Positions 59,485-64,000 of a stretch of DNA of 64,000 bases are shown piece by piece. The stretch is from NCBI RefSeq assembly GCF_009914755.1, contig NC_060935.1. The stretch is one strand, 5' to 3'. Within the stretch, counting starts at the first letter, position 1. Every line of letters begins with the position of its first letter. This stretch comes from the human T2T-CHM13v2.0 reference genome, Homo sapiens. The notes beneath the pieces are model-generated. The model worked only from the letters and a program-made list of their open reading frames with translations, was not told the origin of the DNA and searched no databases. The position numbers and the translations under genes are program-made.

Positions 59485-59912
59485 AGCCGGGCATGGTGGC
59501 TCACACCTGTAATCCTTGCACTTTGGGAGGCCGAGGCAGGCAGGTCACTTGAGGTCAGGAGCTCAAGACCAGCCTGGCAAACATGGCAAAACCTCATCTC
59601 AGCCGGGTGCAGTGGCTCACGCCTGTAATCCCACCACTTTGGGAGGCCAAGGCAGGTGGATCACGAGGTCAAGAGTTCAAGACCAGCCTGGCCAACATGG
59701 TGAAACCCGTCTCTACTAAAAATACAAAAAATTGGCTGGGCATGGTGGCTGGCACCTGTAATCCCAGCTGCTCAGGAGGCTGAGGCAGGAGAATCACTTG
59801 AACCTGGTAGGCAGAGATTGCAGTGAGCTGAGATTACACCACAGCACCCCAGCCCTGGTGACAGAGCAAGACTCTGTCTCAAAAAAAGAAAAAGAAAAAA
59901 AAGAAGAAAAAA
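59485..59912 (+). mobile_element. Alu left monomer fused to a full-length AluSg-like element
   Basis: Left arm 59485-59600 joined directly to a dimer starting at 59601. Confidence 0.9.
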
Positions 59913-60085
59913 GGAATGCCACTAGTCTAGAATCAAGGTGTCTGCAGGGCTACATTTCTCCTGGAGAGTCTAGGAGAACCCAAGCCTTGTCTTTTCCAGC
60001 TTCCAGAGGCAGCTTGTGCTCCTTGGCTTGTGGCCCCTTCCTCCATCTTCAAAGTCAGCAGCACTGCCCCTCCTGGGAAGATTTT

Positions 60086-61157
60086 CCTCTCTCTCCCTCT
60101 CCCTCTCTCCCTCTCTTCTCTCTCTCCCTCTCTCCCCTCCCTCTCTCTCTCTCTCTCCTTCTCTCCTCTCCCTCTCTCTCCTGAGCCATGCCCTGGCCCT
60201 GCCCTGCTCCTCCCTGCCTCTCTCCCTCTCTCTTCTCTCTCTCCCTCTCTCTTTTTCTCTCTCCCTCTCTTCTCTCTCTCTCCTCTCCCTCTCTCCTCTC
60301 TCTCTCCTCTCCCTCTCTCCCTCCCTCTCCTCTTTCTCCTCTCCCTCTCTCTCTCCCTCTCTTCTCTCTCTCTCCCTCTCCCCTCCCTCTCTCTCTCTCC
60401 CTCTCTTCTCTTCTCCCCCGCTTCTCTCTCTCTCCCCCTCTCCCCTCCCCTCTTTCTCTCCCTTCTCTTCTCTCTCCCACTCTCTTCTCCCTCCTCTCTC
60501 TCCCTTTCTCCTCTCTATTTCTCTCTCTCTCCCTCTCTCCTCTCCCTCTCTCTCCCTCTCTCCTCTCTCTCTCTCTCCCTCTCTCCTCTCTCTCTCCCTC
60601 TCTGGCCCCCTCCCCTTCTCTCTTCTCTTCTCTCTCCCACTCTCTTCTCCCTCTCTCCTCTCCCTCTCTCTCCCTCTCTCCTCTCTCTCTCTCTCCCTCT
60701 CTCCTCTCTCTCTCCCTCTCTGGCCCCCTCCCCTTCTCTCTTCTCTTCTCTCTCCCACTCTCTTCTCCCTCTCTCCTCTCTCTCTCCGTTTCCCTCTCTC
60801 TCTCCCCCGTCTCTCCCTCTCTTCTCTCTCTCCCTCTCTCCTCTCCCTCTCTCCTTCTCTCACTCTCTCCCTCTCTCTCCTCTCTTCTCTCTCTCCCTCT
60901 CTCTCTTCTCTGCCTCTCTTCTCTATCTCCCTCTCTCCGTTTTCTCTTTCTCCCTCTCTCCTCTTTCTCTCTCTCCCTCTCTCTCTCCCTCTCTCCTCTC
61001 TCTCTCCCTCTCTCTCTTCCCCCTCTCTTCTCTCTCTCCCTCTCTCCTCTATCCCTCTCTCTCCCTCTCTCCTCTATCCCTCTCTCTCCCTCTCTCCCCC
61101 TTCTCTTCTCTCTCTCTCCCTCTCTCCTCTATCCCTCTCTTTCTCCCCCCCCCCCCC
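60086..61157. repeat. About 1.07-kb polypyrimidine (CT-rich) tract
   Basis: Almost pure C/T with internal repeated blocks. Confidence 0.97.
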
Positions 61158-61949
61158 GCTTCTTCTTGTCACATCTTTTCTGTGACTCCCTCCTGCCTCC
61201 CTCTTACAGGAAGCTGGAGGTTACCCACGACCGTCTGGGATCATCTCCACCTCAGAATCCTTGCTCCGTGACATCGGTAGAATGTCTTTGGCCACGGAAG
61301 GGAACATGTTCATAGGTCCTGGGCACTAAGATGTGGGGGATTCCATTACTGGTGGGGGGTTCCATTATTTGGTTGACCACCGACCTGGTACACAGTGGGT
61401 GCCCCTGGGATTTGTTGTAGCAGGGAGCACTGGCTGCAGCAGGAGCCTGACCCTCGCGGGAGCGTCTAGCCAGCCTTGGTGCCAGGTAGGCCGTGGCATT
61501 TAGCTCTCTGGCCCAGAGCCTCAGCAAGGCCACGGCGCTCGGCCAGAGGAACACAGCCACCCAGCGGAGAGCCAAGACTCAGCCCAGACGTCCCAGACGC
61601 CAGGCCCTTTCCTGGGTGCCCTCAGCACGCCCCACCCCCACCCCGTGAGGACGTCTGCCCGGGCTCCGGATGCCCCAGGGCCTTGGACCACCAGGGACTG
61701 TGCCTTAGGGGCAGGGTGACCCTGCGGTGCTGGGCGTTTGACACGGCCTTTCCCCCTGGAAGCCTCTGTCGCCCTCGATACAATGTGAAGAGTTGGGCTG
61801 TAGGGTCAGGCGGAGAGATTGGGGTTCACATCTGGATTCTGGCATCCACGGGCAGAGCGACCAGGACCAGTCTGAGAAACGGGGTCCTCACTCTAAACGT
61901 CCGGACGGCCCCTGCCTTAGAGGGAGTGGGGGATGAAATGTAGCAATGT

Positions 61950-62420
61950 CCCCTGCACATGGAGAAGCCTCCTCAGGCGAGGCCGGGGGATCAGGCAGCT
62001 CGCGCCCGGAAGGCTTCGCATATAATGCACCGTCTATTTCAGCTCGCCGGGGTCTTGCTGCAAAGTTGCGCAACAGAAAATGTGAGAGACGCGGCAGTCA
62101 CTCCACTAAGCGGGACAGGGCCAGGCCCGCCGCCAGGGGGCAGCATCGCCTCTCCCGGCCGAGCCTTCCTGGGAGTCCCGCGGGGGCTGCTCCCCAAAGG
62201 ACAGAGCTCCGGGTTCATGGGGAACGGGGTGCCGAGAAAGCCTGCCTGGCCCTCCCAGGCCCCACTTCCTTGTTCTTACAAACCTAAGGAAGAGTGGGCT
62301 CCTGGGATTAACTCGGCGTCACGAAACCCTGGCCCTGAGGGACGGACCTCTCAGCCTGGGTCAGGCCAAGGACATCTGAGTGGCCCCACCGCGAACTCCT
62401 GTGAGCCCCTGGAGCGAGCA
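61950..62420. promoter_or_regulatory. CpG-rich candidate regulatory element with C/EBP palindrome and CTCF motif
   Basis: GTTGCGCAAC 62065-62074; GCCGCCAGGGGGCAGCA 62129-62145; CATATAAT near 62019. Confidence 0.45.
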
Positions 62421-62659
62421 GTGGCCTCGAGTCTGTGCCCACCTCCTTTCACGCCCCTCTTCCCTGGCTGGCCATCTTGGCATCCCTCCTCCCCTGCCAC
62501 TCTATCTTGGCCTCCTGGGCCGGCTCCCACCCCCCGGTTCCCATGCTTCCTCCCCGCAGAGAGGGACCCAGAGGTGCCACCACCTTGGGGTGACCAAGTC
62601 CCAGTGCTATGTTCGGCCCCAGGGCTCCTTCACTTCACTCACGGGCGCCTTTCTCTGCA

Positions 62660-62860
62660 GCTCACACAGGCACAAAGTAACACACGTGCCCGCACACTCG
62701 TGTATACACGCACACAGGCACACACTACTGCTCACATGCACATAAGTGCAATGTGTCCTCACATGAACATGAGTGCAATGGGAACACTCTTACACACCAG
62801 TTCACAGACACCCACATGCACACACTCCACCACACATGCATACACACAGACAGGTACACA
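62660..62860. repeat. Degenerate CA-rich tract
   Basis: cacac/catg units. Confidence 0.7.
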
Positions 62861-62965
62861 CTCCTCCAGGGCTCTTGGGAATAGTCCTCTGTTTTGTCAC
62901 CAAGCTCCCAGGAAAGCTGCCCCTCCCTGCTGGCTCCAGGGCCTGTCACCAGCCATCCAGCTCTT

Positions 62966-63675
62966 GCCTGGAGTGAGTCCTCCCTCCTCAGGGTGAGTCC
63001 TTCCTCCTTGGGGTGAGTTCCCCTCCTGGGGTGAGTCCTCCTTCCTGAGGTAAGTCCTCCCTTCTCAGGGTTAGTCCTCTCTCCTCAGGGTGAGTTTCCC
63101 TCCTGGGGTTAGTCCTCCTGCCTCTGAGTGAGTTCCCCCTCCTCAGGGTGAGTCCTCCTCAGGGTGAGTTCCCCCTCCTTGGGTGAATGCTCCCTTCTCA
63201 CGGTGAGTTCCCCTCCTAGAGTGAGTCCTGCCTCCTCTGGGTGAGTCCCCCTCCTGGGATGCGTCCTCCCTCCTGAGATAAGTCCATCCTTCTCAGGGTG
63301 AGTCCTCCTCAGGGTGAGTTCCCCCTCCTAGGGTGACCCCTCCTTCCTCAACCCGGAGTTCCCCTCCTGGGGTGAGTCCTCTCACCTCTGGGTGAGTTCC
63401 CCCTCCTCAGGGTGAGTTCCCCTCCTGAGGTGAGTCCTCCCTTCTCTGGGTGAGTTCCCCTCCTGAGGTGAGTCCTGCCTCCTCAGGGTGAGTTCCCCTC
63501 CTGGGTGAGTGCCCCCCCCTCTAGATGAGTTCCCCCTCCTCTGGGTGAGTCCCCCTCCTTAGGGTGAGTTCCCCTCCTGAGGTGAGTTTCCCTCCTGGGG
63601 TAAGCCCTCCCGCTTCTGGGTGAGTCCTCCCTTTTCAGGCTGAGTCCTCCCTCCTGGGGTGAGTCCTCCCTCAGG
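62966..63675. repeat. 16-21-bp minisatellite (GGGTGAGTYCYCCCTCCTCA), about 37 units
   Basis: Directly visible. Confidence 0.96.
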
Positions 63676-64000
63676 TCCACCTCCTCTCCCCAGCCGGCTT
63701 CCATGGGGCTTCTTCAGTGGTTCCAGCTGGCGTGTGCCAGTCCCCCAGGAGGTCCAGGTCCTTTCTTGACATTTTCCTCAGCTGCTGGGGCTGCAGGGGA
63801 TGCACCAGCTGCATGGACGGGGTGGCATTGCCTGATCCCACCTCCCACAAACGTCTGTGCACCTGCCCCTGCCCCTGCCCCAGTGCTGCAGCCTCAGTGT
63901 AGATGTGGCCACACAGGGCCTGCAACCACTGAGCTCCGAAGCCCCAACCTGCAGCCATGGGGCGGGGGGACATGAATTCGAAGCCCTGTGGCATCAATAG

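Larger units (their letters stand above)
59377..61381 (-). mobile_element. MLT1 (D-like) LTR split by Alus and a CT expansion
   Basis: acagttctggaagtcagaaat | ttttccagcttccagagg...ccttcctccatcttcaaagtcagca | cctgcctccctctta...ttcataggtcctggg. Confidence 0.8.

Noticed and set aside
59970-61315. Long ORFs (297-413 aa) rich in S/L/P or E/R/G
   Set aside because: Translations of the CT/GA low-complexity tract, which cannot contain stop codons.

Overview
This is human (or very closely related hominid) GC-rich non-coding DNA. An Alu with all five Ya5 diagnostic positions points to human. I found no credible protein-coding exon, RNA gene or CRISPR array; the long ORFs in the track come from tandem or low-complexity repeats, Alus or stop-poor GC-rich sequence. 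The window is a mosaic of interspersed repeats (about 15 Alus, a solo LTR12, MLT1/MLT2/MST LTRs, L1M, L2, MIR, Tigger2, MER30, MER33, a rearranged MADE1), several minisatellites, long purine/pyrimidine tracts, and unique blocks that look like enhancers or CTCF sites. I cannot name the locus without a genome search, and I see no evidence of a new gene system. The most unusual signal is a recurring class of short (24-520 bp) non-tandem local copies, direct and inverted, mostly 0.8-1.9 kb from their partner. They include a composite direct+inverted insertion with a stuttered junction and sit alongside a perfect fold-back palindrome; several carry candidate regulatory motifs. Also notable: a minisatellite made of splice-donor consensus sites, an apparently gene-converted AluYa5 mosaic, and a trimeric Alu. 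Repeat subfamily calls come from my recall of consensus sequences, boundaries are approximate, and motif calls are sequence matches only.
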